Assembly (NCBI GenBank): GCA_049325415.1
Contig: JBMOLL010000072.1
Span: 4,689-68,688, forward strand
DNA: 64,000 bases
DNA from: Bacteroidota bacterium
Lineage (GTDB): Bacteria; Bacteroidota; Bacteroidia; Bacteroidales; GCA-2748055
Reading direction: 5' to 3'
Shown here in pieces: positions 48,072 to 58,683 of this stretch (positions are counted from its first letter, which is position 1; every line of letters starts with the position of its first letter). A program made the position numbers and the translations under genes. The notes beneath the pieces were generated by a model. That model did not search any database. It was not told the DNA's origin and saw only the letters and a program-made list of their open reading frames with translations.

Positions 48072-51000
48072 TCAGATCCACCTTACAAGGGGGAAATCCA
48101 TGCGGTGCGGGATCAGGTCGTGTTTCGGATAAATCCGGAAACCAATATCAAACAGGCCGGTGATCCCCACCTGCTGAATAAAGGTATATTCCGCGATATT
48201 TCCTTCGGTATGAGTGCAGATGAAATCCAGCGTGCCGATCATCTTCGGATTATTTACATCGCTGCCTGAATCCACCATCACCATTTCAACGCCGATCTCC
48301 TCAGCGGTCAGACCGTCGAGATCCAGTTTGACCTTGCCCGTATAGGTCTGTCCGACGATGAACTGTTCCCGTGAAATGTTCGGGAAATCATAATCAATCA
48401 CCTGGATGTTTTTCCAGTGGGTCAGGATCCTGTTCTTCCAGTAAGCCAGTTCCTTTACCTGCTTGTAATCGTTCTCCCGGAGAAGCAGGGTACGTTCGAA
48501 AAGTTTACGGTAATATTTCTCGCAGTAATCACGGACCATCCGGTTCATCGTAAATTCCGGCGCTACTTTGGCGATGGAGTTCTTGATCACCTTTACCCAC
48601 TCGGCGGGAACATTTGTCTTGCTCCGCTTATAAAACTTCGTGGTAATCTCATCTTCCAGCATGCTGTAAATCCGTTCGGCATCCAGCTGGTCCTGAAGAT
48701 CCTGGTTATCGTAAGTCCTGTTGAGCGGCAGCGCCCAGCCTGCATTCTCACGGTATCCCTCGGCCCACCAGCCATCGAGCACACTGAAATGCAGCGTACC
48801 GTTCATAACGGCTTTCTCCCCGCTGGTCCCGGAAGCTTCGAGCGGACGCGTAGGGGTGTTAAGCCAGATATCAACACCGTGCAGGAGTTTCTTGGCCAGG
48901 TCGATGTTATAGTCTTCCAGGAAAATGATCTTGCCCAGAAACTCGGGGCGTTTGCTGAAGGAAACGATCATTTTGATCAGGTCCTGACCCGGGATATCCT
49001 TGGGATGCGCTTTGCCTGCAAAGACAAACTGAACAGGTCTTTTGGGGTTATTGACGATCTCCGACAGTCGCTGGGGATCCCTGAAAAGCAGGTGGGCCCT
49101 CTTGTAGGTGGCAAAACGCCGGGCAAAGCCAATGGTCAGGGCGTCGGGATCAAGTTTCCCGGAGATCTCAATCATCTGTCGCGGATTGTCGGTGAGGGCA
49201 ATGGTCGCCCTTGATAACCTCTCCTTGATATAGCTGATAAGACTTGCCCTGCCCTCCGATTTGATCTTCCAGATTTCCTCATCGGGTACCTCATAGATTT
49301 TCTCCCAGAGGGACCGGTCTTCCTGTTTGTTCAGAAAATCGGGATCGAGCTTGGTCTGGTAAAGCTTCCTCCAGTCAGCCGAAACCCATGTTGGCAGGTG
49401 CACTCCGTTCGTCACATAGCCGATGTGCACCTCCTCCGTCATGTAGCCCTTCCACATGGCACTGAACATATGCTTGCTAACTTCGCCGTGCAACTGGCTC
49501 ACGCCGTTCACATCCAGTGACAGGTTTACAGCCAGGCAACTCATCGAGAATTTCTCAGATTTGTTATTCGGATGCATCCTCCCCAGGTTCATCAGCTGGT
49601 TCCAGGAAATTCGCAGCCTTTCCGGATAGTGGGCAATATAGGCTCTCATCAGGTCTTCCTCGAAGTAATCGTGACCTGCAGGTACAGGTGTGTGGGTCGT
49701 AAAAAGGCTGGAGGCTCTGACAATTTCGGAAGCTTCCGGGAAGGTCATATTCCGGTCCTGAATAAACTCCCGCAGCCTTTCCAGTCCGATAAACGCTGCA
49801 TGTCCTTCATTGATATGATAGATATCGGGGTTCACGCCGATGGCACGCAGGGCCCTGATACCGCCGATACCCAGCAGAAGTTCCTGCTTGAAGCGGTTTT
49901 CGTTATCCCCGCCATACAGGAAATGCGTTACAAAACGGTCCTGTTCAATATTAGCTTCGTAATCAGCATCGAGGAGATACAGGGTAACCCGGCCCACCTC
50001 AACTTTCCAGATCCTGGCGGTAAGAGTACGCCCGGGCAGCATCACCCATACGGTCTTCCAGGTACCGTCGTTGTCGCGGACAGGCGTCACCGGCAACCGG
50101 GAGAAATCCTGCAGGTCGCTTTGCGCCACCTGTTCTCCTGAAGAGGAAAGAACCTGCTTAAAGTAACCGTAACGATAAAGAAGTCCGATCCCTACAATAT
50201 TTGAATTGTAATCGCTCGACTCTTTAAGGTAGTCGCCGGCCAGCAGACCCAGACCCCCCGAATAGATCTTCAGGGAACTGTGCAGACCAAATTCCATGGA
50301 AAAATAGGCGATGGTGGGCTTCTCAGGGCCGGGTTTGACACTCATGTAGTTCCTGAATTCGCCATAGACCTTTTCAAGTTTTTTCCTGAACGACTCGCTT
50401 CTTTCGAGACGAAGCAGTTTCTCGTAAGAAAGTTTGTCGAGCAGCACGATGGGGTTTCCCTCCACCTCGGCCCATAACTCCGGGTTAATGGATTCAAACA
50501 GGTCGATGGCATCCTGGTTCCACGACCACCACAGGTTTCTTGATAGTTCCTCCAGCGGTTGCAGACTCTCGGGGATATTCTGGTGGATAAGTACCCTTCT
50601 CCAGACCGGTTGGATGTCCATGAGCAGCTGTTCGGTCTCCGGAAGTTTTTCCACCCTTTCTTTCTCAAAATAGCTCGCTGTGCGCCTTACCGATTTTTTC
50701 AGGGCAATATCATAGGCCTGCCAGTAATAGGAGATCAGGTTATTCCAGAGAACTGTCCGACTCACCTCAAAGGCTTTCTGCCTTGCACCGTTGACCTCAT
50801 CTTCACCAAGTCCGCAAAAATCCATGATGGTCTTTGCTATTTCTTCAGACACCTCCTTATCGTTGAAGTCGTCACGTGGAATCACTGTAATCCCTTTGCC
50901 GGGGTCATCGTATTCACTGTTGACCCATAGGCCTAAGCCCGTGAGGGTTGTGGTAATGGTGGGTATACTGAAAGCCAGGCTCTCCATTGGAGTATATCCC

Positions 51001-52319
51001 CAGGGTTCATAATAGGATGGGAAAACGGTCAGATCAAAGCCAATGAGCAGGTCATAGTACGGAATATTGAATACCCCGTCGTTCCCGTTCAGGTATGAGG
51101 GAACAAAGATCACCTTTACCGGATCATCCGGAGTATTGTTCAGTCCGTTCTGCCTGAAACGGTTCAGTGTAGGATCATATTCGGCGTAGTGCAGGTTATG
51201 GGAAAGATAATGATCGCCTTCCAGGTGACGTTGAGGATCAGACATTACCTCCACCAGGTCTTTCCGGGCGCCGTAATGATTGGCCGGAGCAAGGATAAAA
51301 GCGACCGCCTTGTGCCGGCAATCCTTATTCCTGTTCATCCGGCCCAGGGCATCCACGAAAAGATCAATCCCCTTGTTCCTGAATTCGTACCTGCCACTGT
51401 TGGCGATCAGCAGCGCATTGTCGGGCAGTTTTTCCCCGGTGATGGCAGAGGCTACTTCAAGCAACTTTTTCCGGGCTTCCTGCCTTTTCTGGTCAAAAGC
51501 CCCGGGTCCGGGGACAAAACTGTCGTCAAACCCGTTTGGGGTAACGATATCCACATCCTTTTCAAGGAATTGTGAACATTCTGCAGCAGTAAGATTGCTT
51601 ACCGTTGTAAATGCATCGGCCTGCTGGCCTGAGATTTTCTCCAGCGATTGTTTGGAGACAATATTAAATTCACGGGCTTTTGCATCCCCGTTAAAACCCT
51701 TCATCCCGCTGTATAAAGGCTGGTCGTTGCCTGCAATGGCACGGCCAACGGCAGTGGAGTGGGTGGTAAAGACGGTCCCGACCTGGGGCAGGTATTTTTT
51801 CAGATAAAGCAGACCGGCTCCGGTCATCCATTCGTGGAACTGAGCTATGATCTTCCTGTTCTCGTATTCATAAAAGCGGATAAAGCTTTCCATAGCCTTA
51901 CCTGCGGCATAACCAAACAACGTAGGTTCGACATAATCCCACTGTCCGCTGATGGAATCCAGCTTATACGTTTCCCAGAAGCTCTTGAAGATGTCATCCT
52001 TCTGCGGAATATAGGGTGTAAAATCCACCATCACGGCCACGGGATTGCCGGAAATGTTCCACCGTCCGACCCTGACCCTGATCCCGTCCCTCGCAGCAGC
52101 CTCACGCCAATCGGCATAAAGCGCGGTATCCTCTTCGAATTCGGGATGCTTCTCCGTATCTCTCCACACGTCAGGTCCGATCAGGATGTAATTCTTGTTC
52201 AGCTCGCTCATAACTGAGAGGGCTTTTGTGGAGACAACCGTGTGAATTCCTCCTACTTTATTACATACTTCCCAACTAACCTCAAAAAGGAGATCAGGCT
52301 TTAATACCGGGTTATTCAT
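48072..52319 (-). CDS. glgP: Fused GT3 glycogen synthase and GT35 alpha-glucan phosphorylase
   Basis: N-terminal: EVCNKVGGIHTV, RYEFRNKG, YYEPWGYTP. C-terminal: YFSMEFGL..YSGGLG, NEGH, ARRFATYKR, EASGTSGEK (PLP lysine). Confidence 0.93.
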   Translation of the reverse strand: MNNPVLKPDLLFEVSWEVCNKVGGIHTVVSTKALSVMSELNKNYILIGPDVWRDTEKHPEFEEDTALYADWREAAARDGIRVRVGRWNISGNPVAVMVDFTPYIPQKDDIFKSFWETYKLDSISGQWDYVEPTLFGYAAGKAMESFIRFYEYENRKIIAQFHEWMTGAGLLYLKKYLPQVGTVFTTHSTAVGRAIAGNDQPLYSGMKGFNGDAKAREFNIVSKQSLEKISGQQADAFTTVSNLTAAECSQFLEKDVDIVTPNGFDDSFVPGPGAFDQKRQEARKKLLEVASAITGEKLPDNALLIANSGRYEFRNKGIDLFVDALGRMNRNKDCRHKAVAFILAPANHYGARKDLVEVMSDPQRHLEGDHYLSHNLHYAEYDPTLNRFRQNGLNNTPDDPVKVIFVPSYLNGNDGVFNIPYYDLLIGFDLTVFPSYYEPWGYTPMESLAFSIPTITTTLTGLGLWVNSEYDDPGKGITVIPRDDFNDKEVSEEIAKTIMDFCGLGEDEVNGARQKAFEVSRTVLWNNLISYYWQAYDIALKKSVRRTASYFEKERVEKLPETEQLLMDIQPVWRRVLIHQNIPESLQPLEELSRNLWWSWNQDAIDLFESINPELWAEVEGNPIVLLDKLSYEKLLRLERSESFRKKLEKVYGEFRNYMSVKPGPEKPTIAYFSMEFGLHSSLKIYSGGLGLLAGDYLKESSDYNSNIVGIGLLYRYGYFKQVLSSSGEQVAQSDLQDFSRLPVTPVRDNDGTWKTVWVMLPGRTLTARIWKVEVGRVTLYLLDADYEANIEQDRFVTHFLYGGDNENRFKQELLLGIGGIRALRAIGVNPDIYHINEGHAAFIGLERLREFIQDRNMTFPEASEIVRASSLFTTHTPVPAGHDYFEEDLMRAYIAHYPERLRISWNQLMNLGRMHPNNKSEKFSMSCLAVNLSLDVNGVSQLHGEVSKHMFSAMWKGYMTEEVHIGYVTNGVHLPTWVSADWRKLYQTKLDPDFLNKQEDRSLWEKIYEVPDEEIWKIKSEGRASLISYIKERLSRATIALTDNPRQMIEISGKLDPDALTIGFARRFATYKRAHLLFRDPQRLSEIVNNPKRPVQFVFAGKAHPKDIPGQDLIKMIVSFSKRPEFLGKIIFLEDYNIDLAKKLLHGVDIWLNTPTRPLEASGTSGEKAVMNGTLHFSVLDGWWAEGYRENAGWALPLNRTYDNQDLQDQLDAERIYSMLEDEITTKFYKRSKTNVPAEWVKVIKNSIAKVAPEFTMNRMVRDYCEKYYRKLFERTLLLRENDYKQVKELAYWKNRILTHWKNIQVIDYDFPNISREQFIVGQTYTGKVKLDLDGLTAEEIGVEMVMVDSGSDVNNPKMIGTLDFICTHTEGNIAEYTFIQQVGITGLFDIGFRIYPKHDLIPHRMDFPLVRWI

Positions 52320-52425
52320 CTTACTTGTTTTTTGTTTAGCGATGACAACTGTTCAAACTCTTCCCGGCCTTCACCTGTTTTGCGCAAGCGATGGCCGGTA
52401 ACAGGAATAGTGCTGATCCGGCAGG

Positions 52426-53919
52426 CTATTTCTTTTTAGTACCTGCCTTTTTCGGCGCTTTGGCTTCTTTCTTTGCCGTGCTTGTTTTTTTTACTACTTT
52501 TTTCACAGTACCGGGTAACGGCTTTTCTTTAGCAGCAACTTTGGCAGAAGTTTTCTTCGGAGCAACTGCCGGAGTCTTTTCCTGAACCACTTCTCCAGTG
52601 GTTGCGGGTATAGCTGTCTTTCTTCCCCTCGACCTGGAAAACCGTTCGATCTGTTCTTCGTACTTTTTAATCAGGGAATCCTTCTCCTTTATGATCTTGC
52701 TAAGACGCGCAACATCATCGGTCATTTCCCCGGATACAGCCGCATTCACCCTGATCTCGAAATCACTCAGGATATTCATGTAATTGATAAATGCGTCATA
52801 GGGGCCGTTATAGGGATTGAAGTAGGAATGCACCTCCCCGTCGGAGAAAAATTTTGTTGACATGTAGTAGAAGTGATCGCTCACCTGAAGATACCTGAAA
52901 TCCAGGCGGATTTCCTGGTCATTGCTCTGATAAACCTTTTCTCTCAGGGAATAAAGCTTACGGAAAGCATCCTGCTGCATCTCGTTACCCAGCCAGGCTG
53001 TCAGGTCCCTTTCCTCATCGGCCCAGGAGATCGGATAGGGAACATTGGCAGCAGACACGACCTGAAGGCTGTCAGCCACCTCGGAAGGCGTACTGAAGGT
53101 GAATTTTGTCTGCTTCAGTAATTTCCCCGGGAAAGCTTTAAGAAACTCAAAGATTCCGGTCTCAGCCCACTGGTGCTCACCAAAGGTTTCATAGTCCATG
53201 AAAAGATTGATCACCTCCTCATTTTCCGGCATTTTATTCAGCCATTTCACATATTTCTCCGCCGTCAGCGGGTACTGGTCCCAGGAACGGTTGGAGAAGC
53301 GGAACGCGATATCGTCACTGAGCTTGTAATTCTTCAGCAGAAGCTTCATCTTGGGATTTAAGGCGTTGCAATAAAGGTAATTCGGGCTCTTCCATCCGAG
53401 GATATGTTTGGCACCTTCCGTCAGCATGGCCTTAAAACCCATGTTGTAAACCCTCGCCCCGATCTCATCGGAATATATCAGCTCGGTATTCCGGAAAACC
53501 TGGGGCTCAACGCCGAACAGCTCTTTGATTTTCTCACGGTGCTCACCCACCTGCCTTTCAAATTCATCGCTCTTGTCAAGGGAGGCCAGGGAATGGGCAT
53601 AGGATTCCGAAAGGAATTCCACATTTCCCGTTTCAGCCAGTCGCCTGAAACTCTCGATCACTTCCGGGGCATAGAGGGAGAACTGGTCCAGAGCAATCCC
53701 TGAAATCGAGTAGGCTACCTTGAACTTCCCCTTGTACTTTTGCAACAGTTCCAGGATTAAAGCATTGGCAGGCAGATAGCATTTATCGGCAACTTTCCGG
53801 AGTATGCTTTCATTGGAATAATCGTCGTAGTAATAATGATCATTCCCGATATCAAAAAACCGATAACGTCTGAACCTGAATGGCTGGTGTACCTGGAAAT
53901 ATAAACAGACTGTTCTCAT
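52426..53919 (-). CDS. GH57 alpha-amylase-like protein with a Lys-rich tail
   Basis: HQP, FRNTELIY, SDDIAFRF, DYETFGEH, SWADEERD, SDHFYYM. Confidence 0.92.
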   Translation of the reverse strand: MRTVCLYFQVHQPFRFRRYRFFDIGNDHYYYDDYSNESILRKVADKCYLPANALILELLQKYKGKFKVAYSISGIALDQFSLYAPEVIESFRRLAETGNVEFLSESYAHSLASLDKSDEFERQVGEHREKIKELFGVEPQVFRNTELIYSDEIGARVYNMGFKAMLTEGAKHILGWKSPNYLYCNALNPKMKLLLKNYKLSDDIAFRFSNRSWDQYPLTAEKYVKWLNKMPENEEVINLFMDYETFGEHQWAETGIFEFLKAFPGKLLKQTKFTFSTPSEVADSLQVVSAANVPYPISWADEERDLTAWLGNEMQQDAFRKLYSLREKVYQSNDQEIRLDFRYLQVSDHFYYMSTKFFSDGEVHSYFNPYNGPYDAFINYMNILSDFEIRVNAAVSGEMTDDVARLSKIIKEKDSLIKKYEEQIERFSRSRGRKTAIPATTGEVVQEKTPAVAPKKTSAKVAAKEKPLPGTVKKVVKKTSTAKKEAKAPKKAGTKKK

Positions 53920-53936
53920 GGCTTAAGGAGCTTTGA

Positions 53937-55223
53937 TTATTGTTTTACTGATTTATATACCTCGTAGACTTTTCTTGCAGAGTTTTCCCACTTCATATTG
54001 TCAACCTCTTCCTTGCCGAATTTTTTAAACATGGATGACAGGGCCGGATAATTGAGCAGGCCATAAATGGCATCCGCCATGGCATCGACATCCCAGAAAT
54101 CGACTTTCAGGGCGTACTTCAGCACTTCGGCCACACCCGACTGATGGGAGATGATTACCGGCACGTTCGACTGCATGGCTTCGAGGGGTGATATTCCGAA
54201 AGGTTCGGATACGGATGGCATCACATAAACATCACTGATGGAAAACATCCGGAATACATCATCTCCTTTCAGGAAGCCCGTGAAATGGAAACGGTCGGTG
54301 ATACCCAGGCCTGCGGTCCACGAAATCATTTTCTCCAGCAGTTCGCCGCTTCCGGCCATTACGAAACGGACATTATCCATTTTCTGAAGAACCTTATAAG
54401 CAGCCTGGATAAAATACTCCGGTCCTTTCTGAAGGGTGATGCGGCCCAGAAAGGTCACCACCTTGTCGTTGATCCCCCTTTTGAGAATATTTTTTTCCTG
54501 GTCGGGCAAAGGTTCCACTGCGTTGTAAACCGTCACCACCTTTTCAGGGTTGATACCGTACTTTTCAATGATGGTGTTCCGGGTGAGGTTGCTGACAGCG
54601 ATGATCCGGTCGGCCACCTCCATCCCTTTCTTTTCGATCTCGAAAACAGTCGGATTTACGCTCCCCCCGCTGCGGTCAAAATCCGTTGCATGAACATGGA
54701 TCACCAGGGGTTTCCCCGAAATAGCCTTGGCGGCTATCCCGGCAGGGAAAGTGAGCCAGTCGTGTGCATGGATCACTTCAAAACTGTTGGTGGCTGCAAT
54801 ACTCGCCGCAACAATGGCGTAATCGGAGATCTCCTGATAAAGGTCCTTTCCGTATTTTCCCGTAAAGGTGAACTTTCCCCGGCTGCGGGTATGGATGAAC
54901 TGCTTGCCGAAATTCTCGGTGAGGTTAACCAGTTCATCGTATTCTTCAGGTGAGGTGTAGGGAACAAGCTGAGAGTTGACTTCAATATAGGAAATCTCCT
55001 TCATGAAAGCCTCATAACGAACTTTCCGGTAATCGACCGACACATCGCCGGCACCGATGATCCTCATCTTGCTCTGGTCCTCATCCCCGTATGCCTTGGG
55101 AACTACAAAGAGGATATCCATTCCCCTGATTGTTGTGAGGCCCTTGGTTAGACCGTAACAGGCGGTACCCAATCCCCCCGAGATATGTGGCGGGAACTCC
55201 CACCCGAACATAAGCACTCTCAT
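53937..55223 (-). CDS. GT4 glycosyltransferase (glycogen synthase-like)
   Basis: WEFPPHISGGLG, HAHDW, GRITLQKG, SEPFGISPLEA. Confidence 0.9.
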   Translation of the reverse strand: MRVLMFGWEFPPHISGGLGTACYGLTKGLTTIRGMDILFVVPKAYGDEDQSKMRIIGAGDVSVDYRKVRYEAFMKEISYIEVNSQLVPYTSPEEYDELVNLTENFGKQFIHTRSRGKFTFTGKYGKDLYQEISDYAIVAASIAATNSFEVIHAHDWLTFPAGIAAKAISGKPLVIHVHATDFDRSGGSVNPTVFEIEKKGMEVADRIIAVSNLTRNTIIEKYGINPEKVVTVYNAVEPLPDQEKNILKRGINDKVVTFLGRITLQKGPEYFIQAAYKVLQKMDNVRFVMAGSGELLEKMISWTAGLGITDRFHFTGFLKGDDVFRMFSISDVYVMPSVSEPFGISPLEAMQSNVPVIISHQSGVAEVLKYALKVDFWDVDAMADAIYGLLNYPALSSMFKKFGKEEVDNMKWENSARKVYEVYKSVKQ

Positions 55224-55234
55224 AGGCTATAGAA

Positions 55235-57181
55235 TTATTTCTGCTTCCTGTAATAACTGATCATTTCTTCAATCCGCAGCAGTGAGGCCACGCTCCATGC
55301 CTGGGAAATAGATCCGCGCGGCTGATGCGGCGGGTTCCCGTCATAGATCTCCCCGATCGTTCCCACTCCGTAAAGTGAGAGATCCTCCTCAAATCCTTCA
55401 AAAAGCCTTGTAACCAGCGGTAACGCCGATTTCTTATGAACGTTGAAATAACCTCTTACAAAATGTTCCAGCAACCAGGGCCATACCGTACCCTGATGAT
55501 ATGCCCTGTCGCGCGATTCCTGACTTCCCGAATAAAAGCCTTCGTACATCGGGTTCTTCGGGGAAAGGGTTCTGAGTCCGCGGGGCGTGAGCAGTTCCTT
55601 TTCCACCACATCCAGAATGGATTTCTTCATCTCCGTTGTCAGCGGACTGAATTCCATAGCCGTGGCAATAGCCATATTGGGTCGGACATCAAAGTCCCTG
55701 AAATCACCATCGGTATAATCCGCCAGGTGTCCTTTCCCGGCATCCCAGAATGTTCCGATAAAAGAGGCGGCGATCAGTTCGGGCAGATGTTTCCATTCCT
55801 TCACAAAAGCCTTGTCTTTACCTTCGGCCCATTTCAGCGACTGGCAGATGGCATTATACCACAGGGCATTCACCTCAACCGGTGAACCGCGACGCTGGGT
55901 CACAGGCTGGCCGTGTACCACCGCATCCATCCAGGTGAGTGCCTTACCGTCTTCTCCGGCATAGATCAGACCATTTTCCAGCATACGGATGTTAAACACC
56001 GTACCGTTTCTGTAGGAATTCAATACATCCTTGACTGCCTGGCCGAATTCTTTCCAGATATCGGTTTCGGGAACATATTTTTCATATTGCTGCAGCGACC
56101 ACACAAACCACATCGGGGCATCCACCGAGTTGAATGCCGGCCTTTCATCGCTGCCCATATTCGGGAAAAGACCACCCTTCATTTTCCTGATCATTGTATC
56201 AATGACAGCGCGCGCATTTTTCAGATCACCTGTAGTCATCGTCAGTCCCGGCAGGGAGATAAACGTATCCCGTCCCCATGAACCGAACCAGGGGAAACCG
56301 GCTACAATCTCCGTTTTATCATTCCGGTAACGGAGGAACTGCTGAGCGGCATTGACGAGACAGTTATGATAACTGTCTTTCGGGATCCTCTTGTTATGTT
56401 CACTGGTGAACCTCCTTTTCAGCCCGGAAGGAACGGCCTCTTTCACCGATGCCGAAAAAATGATGGTCTCCCCTTTTTCAATCGGAAGTTCAAAATACCC
56501 GGGAACATAAAGGTCTTCCTTGAAGTCATAACCCCTTCGCTGTTCCTCGCTGTATTCGATGTTGTAATACCAGTCGGGCACCGACACAAACTCCACCTCC
56601 TTGGAAAACTGCATGTAAAGGGTCGGATAATTCTGGTAAAGCTTCGAGGCAATCCCGTTGGGAACCGTTTCGTAACGGGTGTTGGCAAAAAGATTGGCTT
56701 TGCTCAGGGCATGGAAATTCCGGAACGCGAGAAAGGGCCTGAAGCGAAGAATGGTATCGGAATGGGCCTCTTCCAGTGTGAATTTCAAAAGGATCTGATC
56801 CTCCTTTTCCACCAGTACGCTCTCCCTGGTCAGGACAACCCCTCCCACCCGGTAGGTAATGTGGGATACCTGCTCGGCGTCAAAATCCCTGACATACTTG
56901 TGGCCGCGGGGAACATAGAGGTCTCCCTCGTATTTATGGATCCCGAGGTTGAATTCCTGGTTATGCTGCACAACGGTGGTATCAAGCGTGGAAAGGAGCA
57001 CGTGATTGTCTCCGTCGTATTCGTCGATCGGACAGACCAGGAGTCCGTGATATTTCCGGGTGTTGCAACCTATAATGGTGGTGGATGCATAGGATCCTGC
57101 CCTGTTGGAACGGATAACCTCCCTGGAGAGTGAGTATTCCAGGTTTACCAGTTCCATCTTGTCAAACTTCAGAAAACTCAT
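55235..57181 (-). CDS. Glycogen debranching amylo-alpha-1,6-glucosidase (GH133)
   Basis: TRKYHGLL, AGFPWF..WGRDTFISLPG, TWMDA, VEVNALWYNA, YHQGTVWPW, QAWS. Confidence 0.93.
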   Translation of the reverse strand: MSFLKFDKMELVNLEYSLSREVIRSNRAGSYASTTIIGCNTRKYHGLLVCPIDEYDGDNHVLLSTLDTTVVQHNQEFNLGIHKYEGDLYVPRGHKYVRDFDAEQVSHITYRVGGVVLTRESVLVEKEDQILLKFTLEEAHSDTILRFRPFLAFRNFHALSKANLFANTRYETVPNGIASKLYQNYPTLYMQFSKEVEFVSVPDWYYNIEYSEEQRRGYDFKEDLYVPGYFELPIEKGETIIFSASVKEAVPSGLKRRFTSEHNKRIPKDSYHNCLVNAAQQFLRYRNDKTEIVAGFPWFGSWGRDTFISLPGLTMTTGDLKNARAVIDTMIRKMKGGLFPNMGSDERPAFNSVDAPMWFVWSLQQYEKYVPETDIWKEFGQAVKDVLNSYRNGTVFNIRMLENGLIYAGEDGKALTWMDAVVHGQPVTQRRGSPVEVNALWYNAICQSLKWAEGKDKAFVKEWKHLPELIAASFIGTFWDAGKGHLADYTDGDFRDFDVRPNMAIATAMEFSPLTTEMKKSILDVVEKELLTPRGLRTLSPKNPMYEGFYSGSQESRDRAYHQGTVWPWLLEHFVRGYFNVHKKSALPLVTRLFEGFEEDLSLYGVGTIGEIYDGNPPHQPRGSISQAWSVASLLRIEEMISYYRKQK

Positions 57182-57423
57182 CGAGGAGCGTTTTAAGTGT
57201 TAGTGAAAAGATTACAACAAAATTCAGAAAAATTGCGTTGAATAAGTTACTACAATCTGAAATTATCTGCAAAACTCTTATGGGAATCTTTAAAAACCGT
57301 CAGGCTTGCAGATTGTTCAAACACAAAGTTCCATTTTTACAGTTAAAATGCCACTTACAGCAATAAATCGCTTTTTCTCCCTTTCGAAAAAAAAGATATC
57401 TTCGTGCCGGAAATATACCGCTT

Positions 57424-58605
57424 ATGATCCGCCTTGTAGTTCTGATAGTAATTTTAGGTGTCGCCGGTTCCTGTAACAGGACCAAAGATAAGAATTTTAT
57501 TCAGGATTCGGAAGCCGGCCGGCAGGTGCATATCCTGGGTACGCTTAAAGGCGGAGAAGGGAAAGAGGTCCTGGTGGACGAGATGGGCGCTGCAGAATTT
57601 ATTGCTGTGGATACCTTCCGTGTTGGCGACGATGGAAAATTCTCCTGCTCCTTCCAGGCCACCCACCCGGGTTTTTATGCCTTCCGCTCAGCCTCCTCCG
57701 GCTATATCACGCTTATTGCCTTTCCCGGCGATACCCTCTTGCTGAATGCCTCCTGGGACCAGACGCTGCCTTACGAAATCAGCGGTTCCAGACCTTCGGA
57801 AGAAGTTTTGCGCCTTGCTCTGGCGCACCGGAAAACACTCGACGGACTTGCCGAAATCTCGCGAAAAGTCAGGGAAGCCAGCGGTCAACCCGGTTTTGCC
57901 GTTCTTAAAAAAGACCTTGACCGGCGTTTCGATTCCCTGATCACGGAGTTTCACGACTTCTCCCTCGACCTGATCCGTACCAACGGCTCCTCGCCCGTTG
58001 CACTTATCGCCCTGTATAGCGAGTACGGCCCTGGTCTGCCTGTCTTTAACCCTGTCGAAGATTTTCCTGTTTTTGAACTGGTCGATTCCCTTCTCTATCC
58101 TGCATTTCAGGAGAACGAAGCGGTAACCGCGCTTCATGTCCAGGTCGGTAATGCACGGGCACAGGATGACCGGCCACAGGAAGCTGCCTGGAAGACCGGA
58201 GACATGGCTCCTGCTTTTGCCGGCAACACGGCCGAAGGAAAGACCATATCGCTGGCCGATTACCGTGGCCACTACCTGCTCCTGAGCTTCTGGGCCGCCT
58301 GGAGCAAACCCTCAAGGGATGAAAATGTCTACCTGAAAAAAGCCTGGGAAACCGGTCGGGAGAAGGGGCTGAAGATCCTGCAGGTCAGCCTCGACGATGA
58401 CCGGGAGCTCTGGCTCAACGCGATCAGGGAAGAGTCCCTTTCCTGGGACCATATCAGCGACCTGAGACGCTGGGATTCGCAGGTTGCCGGTATCTACCGG
58501 ATCGACAGGATTCCGGCGGATTTCCTGATTGGCCCGGACGGAAAGATACTTGCCACCGATCTCTTTGGGGACGACCTGGTGCAAAAAATCAGCTCGCTGC
58601 AGTGA
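57424..58605 (+). CDS. TlpA/AhpC-TSA-fold lipoprotein lacking CxxC
   Basis: Lipobox-like VAGSC; APAF..ISLADYRG..SFWAAWSKPSR, VSLD, WDHISDL, IP..FLIGPDGKI. Confidence 0.85.
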   Translation: MIRLVVLIVILGVAGSCNRTKDKNFIQDSEAGRQVHILGTLKGGEGKEVLVDEMGAAEFIAVDTFRVGDDGKFSCSFQATHPGFYAFRSASSGYITLIAFPGDTLLLNASWDQTLPYEISGSRPSEEVLRLALAHRKTLDGLAEISRKVREASGQPGFAVLKKDLDRRFDSLITEFHDFSLDLIRTNGSSPVALIALYSEYGPGLPVFNPVEDFPVFELVDSLLYPAFQENEAVTALHVQVGNARAQDDRPQEAAWKTGDMAPAFAGNTAEGKTISLADYRGHYLLLSFWAAWSKPSRDENVYLKKAWETGREKGLKILQVSLDDDRELWLNAIREESLSWDHISDLRRWDSQVAGIYRIDRIPADFLIGPDGKILATDLFGDDLVQKISSLQ

Positions 58606-58683
58606 TATGAATAGCCCGATCCATACTCTCCATGAGAAAAAGGTAAAAGTTCATTATCTTTAATTCTTTAACTTAGCCCCCAT

